The translations under genes and the position numbers were made by a program. Source: Alphaproteobacteria bacterium (GTDB lineage Bacteria > Pseudomonadota > Alphaproteobacteria > GCA-2731375). From it: a stretch of DNA of 64,000 nt. The DNA lies in contig CBDDPY010000002.1 in the NCBI GenBank assembly GCA_965232515.1, positions 4,896,001 through 4,960,000 of the forward strand, written 5' to 3'. The notes beneath the pieces were generated by a model. That model did no database searches, was not told where the DNA came from, and saw nothing but the letters and a program-made list of their open reading frames with translations. Of the stretch, positions 40,361-49,236 are shown piece after piece; the first letter of the stretch is position 1, and every line of letters begins with the position of its first letter.

Positions 40361-41545
40361 ATGTCCTCGATCTTGATGGAACACGGGCTGCAGCCGGTCA
40401 TCAACGCCACCGGACACTGGACCAAGATGGGCAATTCGACCCTGAGCGATGGCGTCATCACGGCGATGAACGATGCGGCGCGGGCCTATTTGCCCATTGA
40501 CGAGCTTCAGGACATCGCCAGTCGCGCCATCGCCGAGGCGACGGGGGCGGAAGCCGGCTACGCCACGCCCGGGGCGTCGGCCGGCATGACGCTCGCCGTC
40601 GCGGCCTGCATTGCCGGCGAAGACCCGGCCCGGATCAAATCGTTGCCGCACATCGCCCAGCCGCCGCACACGGTGGCGATGTTCCAGCAGCACCGTGGGT
40701 ATTACGACTTTGCCCTACGGGCGACCGGCGCGCACCTGCGGCTGGTCGACGCGTCGGCGCCGGATCCGCTGCAACGGCTTGCCGCCGCCATCGATGACGA
40801 TGTTGCCTGCGTTTTCTACGACTGCACCGGTCTGCCCTACAAGGACCACACCGGCGGGCCCTCATTGGATGACGTCGTGCGGGTCGCCCACGAACGCGGG
40901 GTCCGGGTGGTCGCGGATGGCTCGATGGCCGTGCCGCCGGCCGAGAACCTGCGGGCGCTGGTCGCCACCGGCGCCGACGCCGTTGCCTTCACCGCCAGCA
41001 AGGCCATGCAGGGACCGGCGGCGAGCGGTTTCGTCGCTTGCCGCAACGATCTGTTGCGATCGATGGCGCTGCAGCACCAGGATCTCGACGTGCTCGCCGC
41101 GATTACCGGCGCCGGCGATCCGCGCAACCGCTACATGGGATTGGGGCGAAGCCTCAAGGTCGGCAAGGAGCAGATTGTCGGCATGCTTGTCGCCCTGGAC
41201 GAATACCAGCGGCGCGACCATACCGGCGACCAAGCCGCCTGGCGCGCCGCGCTCGAGGTGATCGAGGGCGCCGTCAGGGACATTGACGGCGTATCGCGGC
41301 GCTGGCTGATCTCGAACGAGGGGCGCGCGCCCTACCTGCTGGTCGGCTTCGAGGGCCGTCTCGCGGGCATCAAAGCCGAAGACATCTCGGATCGGCTGAT
41401 GGCCGGCGAGCCGCGGGTTTTCATAGCCGCGCACCACGACAACACGCTGTGGGTCGGGGCGGAAAGCCTCGGCGACAACGATGCCGAGCGCGTCGCTGGC
41501 CGGCTCGGCGAGGTCATCGCGGCGGCGGCCGGTACGAACGGCTGA
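40361..41545 (+). CDS. SelA-like / DgaE-family PLP-dependent enzyme
   Basis: PVINATG, FTASKAMQGP (PLP Lys), GRSLKVGKEQIVG; GGAG RBS before ATG 40361. Confidence 0.82.
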   Translation: MSSILMEHGLQPVINATGHWTKMGNSTLSDGVITAMNDAARAYLPIDELQDIASRAIAEATGAEAGYATPGASAGMTLAVAACIAGEDPARIKSLPHIAQPPHTVAMFQQHRGYYDFALRATGAHLRLVDASAPDPLQRLAAAIDDDVACVFYDCTGLPYKDHTGGPSLDDVVRVAHERGVRVVADGSMAVPPAENLRALVATGADAVAFTASKAMQGPAASGFVACRNDLLRSMALQHQDLDVLAAITGAGDPRNRYMGLGRSLKVGKEQIVGMLVALDEYQRRDHTGDQAAWRAALEVIEGAVRDIDGVSRRWLISNEGRAPYLLVGFEGRLAGIKAEDISDRLMAGEPRVFIAAHHDNTLWVGAESLGDNDAERVAGRLGEVIAAAAGTNG

Positions 41546-41561
41546 CGGTCGCCGCCGCCGA

Positions 41562-42977
41562 TTAGCAGCGGCTTGCCGGCGTGTCCCGATGGCCCTCGGC
41601 CAGAGTCCAGACCGGAACGCCGGCTTCCCGACCGCGAAGCGTTTTCACGCCCGCTGACGAGAGGTTGTCGATCAGTGCCGATTCGCCATCGTTTTCCCGC
41701 CGGATCGCGTCGACCAGGCCGCCGCTGACCACCAGCGGGGTCTTCAGCTCCCGCGTCAGCTGTTCCAGCCGGCTGGCGATGTTCACGGTGTCGCCGATAA
41801 CGCTGTGCTCCAGCCGCCGCTCATTGCCGATATCGCCGGCGATGACCGGCCCGTAGTGCAGGCCGATGCCGACGCGCACCGGTTCTTCGCCGGCGGCGAC
41901 GCGCTCGGCGTTCCAGGCGTCGAGCGCCGCGATCATCGCCAGCGCGCAGGAAAGCGCGTTTTGTGCGTCGTGCGGTCCCGGCTCCGGCGTGCCGAACGTC
42001 GCCATCAGGCCGTCGCCCAGATATTTGTCCAGCGTGCCGTGATGGTCGAACACGGCCCGGCCGAGCCGGTTGTGGTATTCGCGCAGCAGCGCGATCACGC
42101 GCCCCGGCGCTTCCCGCTCGCACATGCCCGTGAAATCCACGATGTCGACGAACAGCACGGCGACCCGCTGCTCGCGCGCGGTACCCAAGATGTCGCCGGC
42201 GCCGCTCAGTCGGTCGACCACATTGGGGGAAAAATAGCGGGCGAGGTTGGCGCGGGCGCGTTCGGCAAGTGAGCGGCTCTCGACCAGACGGCGCGAGCGG
42301 CCGACGACGACCGCGAGACCACCGGCCACCAACAGCGTGACGATGACCTCGATGGCCCAATACGGCAGATGCACGTAGTTGAGGTCGGTGGCGGCCGCGA
42401 CGGCGCCGTCGGTGTCCGCGCCCGCCAGATCGAACGTGGTGAACACATCGGGCTGGCTCAGCACCCACAGCAGCATGCCCGACCGCGCCGCCACGATGCA
42501 CAGGCCGCACCACAGGACCAGACGCGGCCGCAGGCTGAAGGTCGACTGCATCAGGAAGACGAAGAAGAACGTAAACGGGCTGCCGTGCATGGCGAACGCC
42601 GGCGGCTCGACAATGTCGGCCCACGGCTTGCCGGCCGAGAACGCGACGGCCAGCAGCGCGCAGTCCGCCGCGACGAAGGCGTATTTCAAGGTCTCCATGT
42701 GGAACCGCTGGCGGGCGCTGACATATTGCAGCAGGCCGAGCAGCATCAACCCACCGATGACGATGAAGCCATAGGCATAGGCCAGCCCGCTGTCGGTGTT
42801 GCCGACGAACTCCCAGAGGAAAATCAACGCCAGCGCGACCGTGCGGGCCTTGGCGGCCAGCATCAGGCCCTGCCGTTCCTCCGCCGCGAACACGCTCTCG
42901 GTGCGCGCAACCAGCCGGGCGCGGACGCCCGGCTCGACAGCCCGCGGGACGGCATTCGGCGCCTGGGCACCTGCCAC
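41562..42977 (-). CDS. Membrane-bound class III adenylate/guanylate cyclase
   Basis: About 6 N-terminal TMs; LFVDIVDFT, DKYLGDG, IGDTVNIASRLE; the Lys suggests ATP specificity; GTG start after GGAGA. Confidence 0.9.
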   Translation of the reverse strand: MAGAQAPNAVPRAVEPGVRARLVARTESVFAAEERQGLMLAAKARTVALALIFLWEFVGNTDSGLAYAYGFIVIGGLMLLGLLQYVSARQRFHMETLKYAFVAADCALLAVAFSAGKPWADIVEPPAFAMHGSPFTFFFVFLMQSTFSLRPRLVLWCGLCIVAARSGMLLWVLSQPDVFTTFDLAGADTDGAVAAATDLNYVHLPYWAIEVIVTLLVAGGLAVVVGRSRRLVESRSLAERARANLARYFSPNVVDRLSGAGDILGTAREQRVAVLFVDIVDFTGMCEREAPGRVIALLREYHNRLGRAVFDHHGTLDKYLGDGLMATFGTPEPGPHDAQNALSCALAMIAALDAWNAERVAAGEEPVRVGIGLHYGPVIAGDIGNERRLEHSVIGDTVNIASRLEQLTRELKTPLVVSGGLVDAIRRENDGESALIDNLSSAGVKTLRGREAGVPVWTLAEGHRDTPASRC

Positions 42978-43159
42978 CTTGGCTTCTCCTGGCTTGATTC
43001 GGTTCGAAGAACCGACTTTTAGAGAAGTGCGCGGGGCGTCACAAGACATCGCCCCCGCATCGGTTCCGGACGTGACGATGCGAAGCGGCCGGCGTGCTTC
43101 CGGTGGCCAACCGTGCGGTCTGCGACGGGCTCAGCGGGTCGGGGCCAATTTATCGAACG

Positions 43160-43777
43160 TTAGGTCGGGCGTTGGCGGCGGGCAACACCCATGCCGGCGA
43201 GCCCCAGACCCAGCAGCAGCAGTGTGCCCGGCTCCGGCACGGCGGTCGCGACGGCCTCGAATCGGACATCGTCGAACGAGAAGTTGAAGCCGTTCGAGCT
43301 GGAGCGAAACTCGACCCGGATGATGTCTTCGGTCGTCTGCACGCCCAGGAAAGCCTGGTTCGAGCTTGTCGTGACCTGCTCGATAAATCCGCCCGCGCCG
43401 AACACATCCATGATGAAGACCTGGCCGCCCGACCCATCGAGGTCCAGGCCGAACCGATTGACCGGTGTCGAGAATTGGACTTCCTGCAGGCCGCCGAGGT
43501 TGAGCATCGCAAAGGCGACGTTCGGCGGGCTGGAGAGTGTCCCGCCAAACGAGTCTTCGATCGTCGTCGTGCCATTGGTGGTCTGGAACGTGGCGCCCAG
43601 GCCGGCGAACTGATTGCCGAGCACGGTATCGTCGGCGAGGCCGTCAAATCCGATGACGGTCTCGCCGCCGGAAAACGCGCCGATGCCGATCGGTACGCTC
43701 CTGGCCGGCGTTGCCGCCATGGCCAGGAACCCACAGGCGACCGCCGCCACCCGCCACCCGCGAACGCTGCCAATCAC
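43160..43777 (-). CDS. PEP-CTERM sorting-domain protein
   Basis: Signal peptide; C-terminal VPEPGTLLLLGLGLAGMGVARRQR (PEP, TM, basic tail). Confidence 0.9.
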   Translation of the reverse strand: MIGSVRGWRVAAVACGFLAMAATPARSVPIGIGAFSGGETVIGFDGLADDTVLGNQFAGLGATFQTTNGTTTIEDSFGGTLSSPPNVAFAMLNLGGLQEVQFSTPVNRFGLDLDGSGGQVFIMDVFGAGGFIEQVTTSSNQAFLGVQTTEDIIRVEFRSSSNGFNFSFDDVRFEAVATAVPEPGTLLLLGLGLAGMGVARRQRPT

Positions 43778-44018
43778 TCGAGCTTTCCCTCTCTGACCGT
43801 TCGACGTGCAGCGTTTTTGGATCTAGGCCGGCGCGCGCATCTTTTCGCGAGACGCTTGCCCGGATCGTCTCTACGCTGCGGCCCTCAACGAAAGACGGAT
43901 GACCGATCCAGATGGTTCTCGATTTCGGAATGTTTGCATTGTGCTCATTCCGTGGCGCGAAACGCACCGAATGACACAGCCCAGTCACAGAATGTAATGC
44001 CGGGGCGGGTCCCCTGAA

Positions 44019-44561
44019 CTAAACCGGCGCCAGCGGCATATGCGGCGCCGACGGCAGATCGACGCCAATGGCGTCGCCCGATCGCACGGTGCCGCCGGTC
44101 AGCACGACGCCCATGACGCCCGATTTGCGGATCAGATTGCCGTCGACGTCACGGTCCAGTACGGCCTGCATCAGACCGGACCGGAAGTCGTTCAACTGCT
44201 TGCACGGGTTGCGCAGGCCGGTCACCTCGACCACGGCGCTGTCGCCGAGGCGCAGCGTCGTGCCGGCCGGCAATGCCAGCAGATCCAGTCCGCGAGTCGA
44301 GATGTTCTCGCCCATCTGCCCCGCCGACACATCGAAGCCGTCGGCTCGCAGTGCATCCAGCAGCTCGGTATGGATCAGGTGTACCTGCCGCAGGTTGGGC
44401 TGGCTTGGATCCCGCGCCACGCGGCTGCGGTGCTTGACGGTCTCGCCCAGATGCGCGTCGCTCTCGATCCCCAGCCCGGCGATCAGCGTGATGCTGTCAC
44501 GGACGGGTTTGCTGAACGCGTGCACCGGACTCGAACTGACGGCGACGACGACGGCGCTCAT
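44019..44561 (-). CDS. MOSC domain protein
   Basis: RQVHLI, GENISTRG, VTGLRNPC.Q motifs; GGAGG RBS. Confidence 0.9.
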   Translation of the reverse strand: MSAVVVAVSSSPVHAFSKPVRDSITLIAGLGIESDAHLGETVKHRSRVARDPSQPNLRQVHLIHTELLDALRADGFDVSAGQMGENISTRGLDLLALPAGTTLRLGDSAVVEVTGLRNPCKQLNDFRSGLMQAVLDRDVDGNLIRKSGVMGVVLTGGTVRSGDAIGVDLPSAPHMPLAPV

Positions 44562-44681
44562 TGACGTGACCTCCATGTCTGGGATTGCGTTCTAGCACGC
44601 GGCGCACCGGACGCGCATGGACTGTCGGCCGGAAACGTGCGATGTCCGGCAATCGGTCTTGTGGTCGAAGGAACTGTTGTC

Positions 44682-45305
44682 ATGTCGTCAGCGGAAAGCC
44701 ACCTCGTCACCTCGCTCGCCGACCTGGAAGCGCTCTACGGCGCGCCGGCCGAGGCATCCGTGATCAAGGAAACGGCACGCCTGACGCCGGAATATTGCCG
44801 GCTGATCGAGGCGGCACCGTTTTTCGCGTTGGCCACATCAGGACCGGAAGGTCTCGACTGCTCGCCGCGCGGCGACGGGCCCGGTTTCGTCCGCGTGCTC
44901 GACGAGACCCGCCTCGCTATCCCCGACCGGCGCGGCAACAACCGCCTCGACAGCCTGCGCAACATCGTGCGCGATCCGCATGTGGCTTTGCTGTTCCTGA
45001 TTCCCGGCGTCAACGAAACCCTGCGCGTCAACGGCCGCGCCACGATCTCGACGGAACCTGCGCTGCGCGAAAGCTTCGCCATGCAGGACAAGCTGCCGGC
45101 CACCGTGCTGATCGTCACGGTCGATAGCGTCTATTTTCAGTGCGCCCGGGCCTTGCTGCGGTCGCGCCTCTGGCAGGCCGACGCCCAAGTCGACCGCACG
45201 ACGCTGCCGAGCGTCGGCCAGTTGCTGCGCGGCGTCAAAGCGGACTTCGACGCCGAGGCCTACGACGCCGCCATGCCGGGCCGGCACAAGGCGTCGCTTT
45301 ACTGA
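44682..45305 (+). CDS. Pyridoxamine 5'-phosphate oxidase-like FMN-binding protein
   Basis: DCSPRGD.PGFV, IPDRRGNNRLDSLRNI, YFQCARALLRS.LW. Confidence 0.9.
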   Translation: MSSAESHLVTSLADLEALYGAPAEASVIKETARLTPEYCRLIEAAPFFALATSGPEGLDCSPRGDGPGFVRVLDETRLAIPDRRGNNRLDSLRNIVRDPHVALLFLIPGVNETLRVNGRATISTEPALRESFAMQDKLPATVLIVTVDSVYFQCARALLRSRLWQADAQVDRTTLPSVGQLLRGVKADFDAEAYDAAMPGRHKASLY

Positions 45306-45326
45306 CGACAACAGCTTTTGTGGATT

Positions 45327-46037
45327 TCACTCGGCCGCCACGATGAAGCCGTCGTTGCGCATCGACGGCACGGCGGCCAGCGGACCCAAGTTGAACCATT
45401 CGATCAGCACGCGCCTGACGCCCGCGTCGCCCAGCGCCTCCAGCCGTCCCGACGACAGCGCCCGCGGCAACGTCAGGTCGCCGTTATAGATGTAGATCAG
45501 GTCGGGCAGCGTCGCGGCCAGATACAGGTCCACATCATCGCCCGGATCTTCGACGCAGAGCTCGACCGCGCCGTTTTCGTTGACGAACCACCACAGGCGC
45601 TTGTTCGACGGCTGGTCGGTGATCTCCAGCCGCAGCACGGTGCGCTTCGGCCCGAACGCATCGGCCTTGACGCTCCATTCCAACCCCCAGATCAGCAGGC
45701 CCAGGTCGATCTCGCCCGCCTGCAGCTCGCGCCGCGTCCAGCGTTGACCCCAGACGCCGAGCGCGCCCACCAGCGGCACGAATTCCTCGCCCGCCGGCGT
45801 CAGGTGATAGCTCCAGCCGCGGCCTTTCTCGGGCCGGCGGCGCTCGACGATGCCTTCCGCCTCGAGCTGCTTCAGCCGCCGCGACAGCAGTGTCGGCGAC
45901 ATCAGCGGCACGCCGCGATGCACGTCCGTGAAGCGCGACGCGCCGGCCGCCAGATTGCGCACGATCAGCGCGGTCCAGCGCTCGCAGAACAGCTCGGCGG
46001 CCTTGGCGATGGGGCAGAACTGACCATAGCTTTTCAT
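45327..46037 (-). CDS. HxlR-family winged-helix regulator with C-terminal SCP2-like domain
   Basis: YGQFCPIAKAAE...RWT and SPTLLSRRLKQL motifs; divergent from a methyltransferase. Confidence 0.88.
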   Translation of the reverse strand: MKSYGQFCPIAKAAELFCERWTALIVRNLAAGASRFTDVHRGVPLMSPTLLSRRLKQLEAEGIVERRRPEKGRGWSYHLTPAGEEFVPLVGALGVWGQRWTRRELQAGEIDLGLLIWGLEWSVKADAFGPKRTVLRLEITDQPSNKRLWWFVNENGAVELCVEDPGDDVDLYLAATLPDLIYIYNGDLTLPRALSSGRLEALGDAGVRRVLIEWFNLGPLAAVPSMRNDGFIVAAE

Positions 46038-46165
46038 CTCGTCTCCCTCCGTCGCCGCAATGATAGCGTCGCAATTGGCGGCATAAACTACACATTCTGG
46101 ACTTACAGGCGTGTGACGGCGTCGGCATCGTGCGGCCGTTAGAAGAGCGTTTGCGGAGGTAGTTC

Positions 46166-46999
46166 ATGTCAGATCATCAGCACGTGGCGGACCACTACAC
46201 CAATGGCGGGCTGCTGGCCGCCATCGAAACCGGCGTCGCCGCGATGGGCAAGACGCCGGACGATATCTCGGTCGACGAACTGGGACCCGTCGACGAATTT
46301 CACATCGGCGGCCGGCAGGCGAGCGAGGATCTGCTGTCGCAGCTTGACCTGACGGCCGCGCATGAAGTGCTCGACATCGGCTGCGGCCTCGGCGGCGGCG
46401 CGCGCCTCGTCGCCAGCCGTTACGGCAGCCGCGTCACCGGCATCGACCTGACGGCCGAGTTCGTCGCCGCCGGCAATGCGCTCAGCGGCTGGGTAGGTTT
46501 GGCCGACCGCGTGACGCTCGACCACGGCAGCGCTTTGGACCTGCCCTACAACGCCGACAGCTTCCATGCCGCCTACATGCTGCACGTCGGCATGAACATC
46601 GCCGACAAGACCGCATTGATGACCGCCGTGCATCGAGCGCTGCGGCCGGGCGGCGTCTTTGCCGTCTACGACATCATGCGAAACGGCGGCGGCGACGTGA
46701 CCTATCCGATGCCGTGGGCGGCTGACGCCGAGACCAGCGCCCTCGCGCCGCCCGACGACTACAAGCAGGCTTTCGAAGCCGCCGGCTTCGAGATTGTCGC
46801 CGAGCGCAACCGCCATGACTTCGCGGTCGCCTTCTTCGAACGGCTGCGCGCCCGCATGGCCGCCGCCGGCAGCCCGCCGCCCCTGGGTCTGCACATCGTC
46901 ATGGGCGGGAACGCGGCCCAGAAGCTCGGCAACATGATCGACGGCGTCGCCGACGGCCGCATCGCCCCGGTCGAGCTGATTGGCCGCAAGGCGGGTTGA
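46166..46999 (+). CDS. Class I SAM-dependent methyltransferase
   Basis: DEFHIGG, VLDIGCGLGG, LRPGG; GGAGG RBS. Confidence 0.92.
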   Translation: MSDHQHVADHYTNGGLLAAIETGVAAMGKTPDDISVDELGPVDEFHIGGRQASEDLLSQLDLTAAHEVLDIGCGLGGGARLVASRYGSRVTGIDLTAEFVAAGNALSGWVGLADRVTLDHGSALDLPYNADSFHAAYMLHVGMNIADKTALMTAVHRALRPGGVFAVYDIMRNGGGDVTYPMPWAADAETSALAPPDDYKQAFEAAGFEIVAERNRHDFAVAFFERLRARMAAAGSPPPLGLHIVMGGNAAQKLGNMIDGVADGRIAPVELIGRKAG

Positions 47000-47132
47000 G
47001 CGGGCCGGCAAGCGACTGACACCTTGTCTCCGCCCGCTAAATGGCAGCTTTCGGACCTCATCATCGGTGATGCCTCGCGCGCGTGCGCGCGAAAGCCTAT
47101 CTCTATGCCATGACCGTCCATGTGACCTGTAA

Positions 47133-47267
47133 CCGGTCCGACCACGGCGCTATTCTCTGTTCGAGACGGGCGATCCGCGTTCTGCCTGGCTCAACCACCT
47201 CGTCACCATCGGGAAGGGACGTAACTGCGACGACGGCGTGATTTGCGACGTTTTCGCGGTGCGCTGA
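47133..47267 (+). pseudogene. 3' remnant of a DUF3237 (UPF0311)-like gene
   Basis: Frame at 47160-47267 reads FETGDPRSAWLNHLVTIGKGRNCDDGVICDVFAVR*, resembling the DUF3237 C-terminus; in-frame TAA at 47130 and no ATG/GTG ahead of the conserved block. Confidence 0.6.
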
Positions 47268-47272
47268 ACACC

Positions 47273-48043
47273 ATGACCCAAGCTCAGAAAGCCCGCGACT
47301 TCACCGACCTCCACGTACCCGGCACGCCCGTGGTGCTCTACAACATCTGGGACGCCGGCGGCGCCAAGGCCATCGTCGAGGCCGGCGCGAAAGCCGTCGC
47401 GACCGGCAGCTGGTCCGTCGCCGCGGCCCACGGCTATCCCGATCGCCAGGCGATTCCGCTGGACCTGGTGTTGCAGATCGTTGCGCGCATCGCCGAGACG
47501 GTGGACGTGCCCGTCACGCTCGATTTCGAAGGCGCCTATGCCGAGGCGCCTGACGAGGTCGCCGCCAACGTCGCCCGCGTGATCGCGGCCGGCGCCATCG
47601 GCATCAACTTCGAGGACCAGGTCGTCGGCGGCGAAGGCCTGCACGCGCCGGATCTGCAGAGCGAACGGATCGCCGCCATTCGCCGGGCCGCCGACGCGGC
47701 CGATATCCCGTTTTTTATCAACGCCCGGACAGACCTGTTCCTGAAGGAACGGGACAGCGCCAAGCAGGCGGGCCTGCTGACGGAAGCGCAGGAACGGGCG
47801 GCGGCCTATGCCGAGGCCGGCGCCAGCGGTTTCTTCGCGCCGGGCCTCGTCGATCCCGAGCTGATCGGCGCGATCTGCCAGGCCGTCACGCTGCCGGTCA
47901 ACGTCATGATGTTGAGCGGCGCGCCCTCCATCGCCGACCTGGCAGGCCTCGGCGTCGCCCGCATCAGCTACGGACCGGGCCCGTATTTCGAGGCCATGAA
48001 AACCCTTGCCAGCCGGTTCACCGAGGTTACCGGCGGCGCATGA
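47273..48043 (+). CDS. Isocitrate lyase / PEP mutase family protein
   Basis: NIWDAGGA, ATGS, INFEDQ, INARTD, ARISYGP. Confidence 0.9.
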   Translation: MTQAQKARDFTDLHVPGTPVVLYNIWDAGGAKAIVEAGAKAVATGSWSVAAAHGYPDRQAIPLDLVLQIVARIAETVDVPVTLDFEGAYAEAPDEVAANVARVIAAGAIGINFEDQVVGGEGLHAPDLQSERIAAIRRAADAADIPFFINARTDLFLKERDSAKQAGLLTEAQERAAAYAEAGASGFFAPGLVDPELIGAICQAVTLPVNVMMLSGAPSIADLAGLGVARISYGPGPYFEAMKTLASRFTEVTGGA

Positions 48044-48525
48044 CGTCACGCATCGAGGCACGCCTGCACGAACTCGGGCTCGCGGTTCCCGATCCGCCCA
48101 GGGCGATCGGGAACTTCGTGCCTGGCGTAGTCCACGACGGCATCCTCTACGTCTCCGGCACCTACGGCACCGTCAAGGCGACAGACGGTGCGGACGTGAT
48201 CCCGAAACCGGGCAAGGTCGGCGGCGCGCTGACGGTTGAGGACGGCTACGAGTCGGCGCGCCTCATGCTGTTGAACCATCTGGCGTTGGCGAAGGCGGTG
48301 CTGGGCGACCTCGACCGCATCGAACGGCCAATCCGCCTCGTCGGCTATGTCAACGCGGCGCCCGGTTTCCAGGACGCGCCGTCCGTGCTGAACGGCGCAT
48401 CGGATCTCCTGATCGAAATCTTCGGCAAGGAGCAGGGTTCGCATGCCCGCATGGCGCTCTATCAGCACGAGCTGGCGCGCGACGCGCCCATCGCCGGCGA
48501 GATCAGCTTCGCCGTGACGGCGTGA
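48040..48525 (+). CDS. RidA/YjgF family protein
   Basis: GKVG, LVGYVN, NGASDLLIEIFG..G.HAR; ATGA overlap with the upstream gene. Confidence 0.88.
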   Translation: MTSRIEARLHELGLAVPDPPRAIGNFVPGVVHDGILYVSGTYGTVKATDGADVIPKPGKVGGALTVEDGYESARLMLLNHLALAKAVLGDLDRIERPIRLVGYVNAAPGFQDAPSVLNGASDLLIEIFGKEQGSHARMALYQHELARDAPIAGEISFAVTA

Positions 48526-48546
48526 ACCGGCTGCACAGGAACGGAT

Positions 48547-49173
48547 CTAACCGGCCAGTTTGACGAGCCGCTTGATCACGGCCTGGTGCTCCTTGCCGAC
48601 CAATCCGATGTTCTGATGGTAGCGAAAGCCCGACTTCCTGACCTGCGCAGCGTCCAGCGCCTGCCGGGCGTGTGTTCTCGCTTCCGCATCGCCATTCTGG
48701 GCAGCGGCAATCAGTGCCTTTGACGCATGCCAGCGGAACTTATCGACCGGGAACGGCAACTCTTCCGCACCCTTTTCCAAAACCGTCAGGGCAAACGAAT
48801 ACTCCGCCGACAGACTCTGATTGGCGATGAAATAGGGAAGCTCCAAATACGTCGCGGTCTGGTGCTTGGGGAACTCGGCTTCGCGACGCAGGACGTCTTT
48901 GTATGCCTGAACGGTCTCGACGATCTTCTTCTGGGACCGATAAGCTTCAGCCCTTGCCAGCAGTGCTCTGACATCTTCGAAATCCGACGTCTTCGTATCG
49001 AAGTAACGATCGACCAGGCGCAACGTCACGTCCGGCCTTTGGACCGATAGCGTGGTGGCTTGAATGACAAGATATTGATCGCGTTGCGACCGGGTACGCG
49101 AGAGCCTTTCGAAGAACGCCTGCTCGATGCGATCGTTCCACCGTGTCTGTCGATACCAGTCTTCGTCGGCCAC
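48547..49173 (-). CDS. Hypothetical alpha-helical (TPR-like) protein, lower GC
   Basis: 208-aa ORF with helical composition fills the gap; visibly lower GC (line 48781-48840 is 31/60 GC). Confidence 0.65.
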   Translation of the reverse strand: MADEDWYRQTRWNDRIEQAFFERLSRTRSQRDQYLVIQATTLSVQRPDVTLRLVDRYFDTKTSDFEDVRALLARAEAYRSQKKIVETVQAYKDVLRREAEFPKHQTATYLELPYFIANQSLSAEYSFALTVLEKGAEELPFPVDKFRWHASKALIAAAQNGDAEARTHARQALDAAQVRKSGFRYHQNIGLVGKEHQAVIKRLVKLAG

Positions 49174-49236
49174 GCGCGTCCACCGTCCGATGTTTGCCGG
49201 TGCCTATCATGCCCGTCTGCCTCAGCGCTAGCTGGA

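Noticed and set aside
39119-41545. Apparent 808-aa fusion ORF; similar over-extensions at 6544-8064, 22328-23728 and 55428-57152
   Set aside because: The N-terminal parts are Arg-rich off-frame readings of neighbouring genes; the real starts have their own RBS or stop/start overlap, so no frameshift or fusion is needed.
40361-41545. True selenocysteine synthase selA
   Set aside because: Shorter than proteobacterial SelA, lacks its N-terminal domain, and no selB/selC is nearby.
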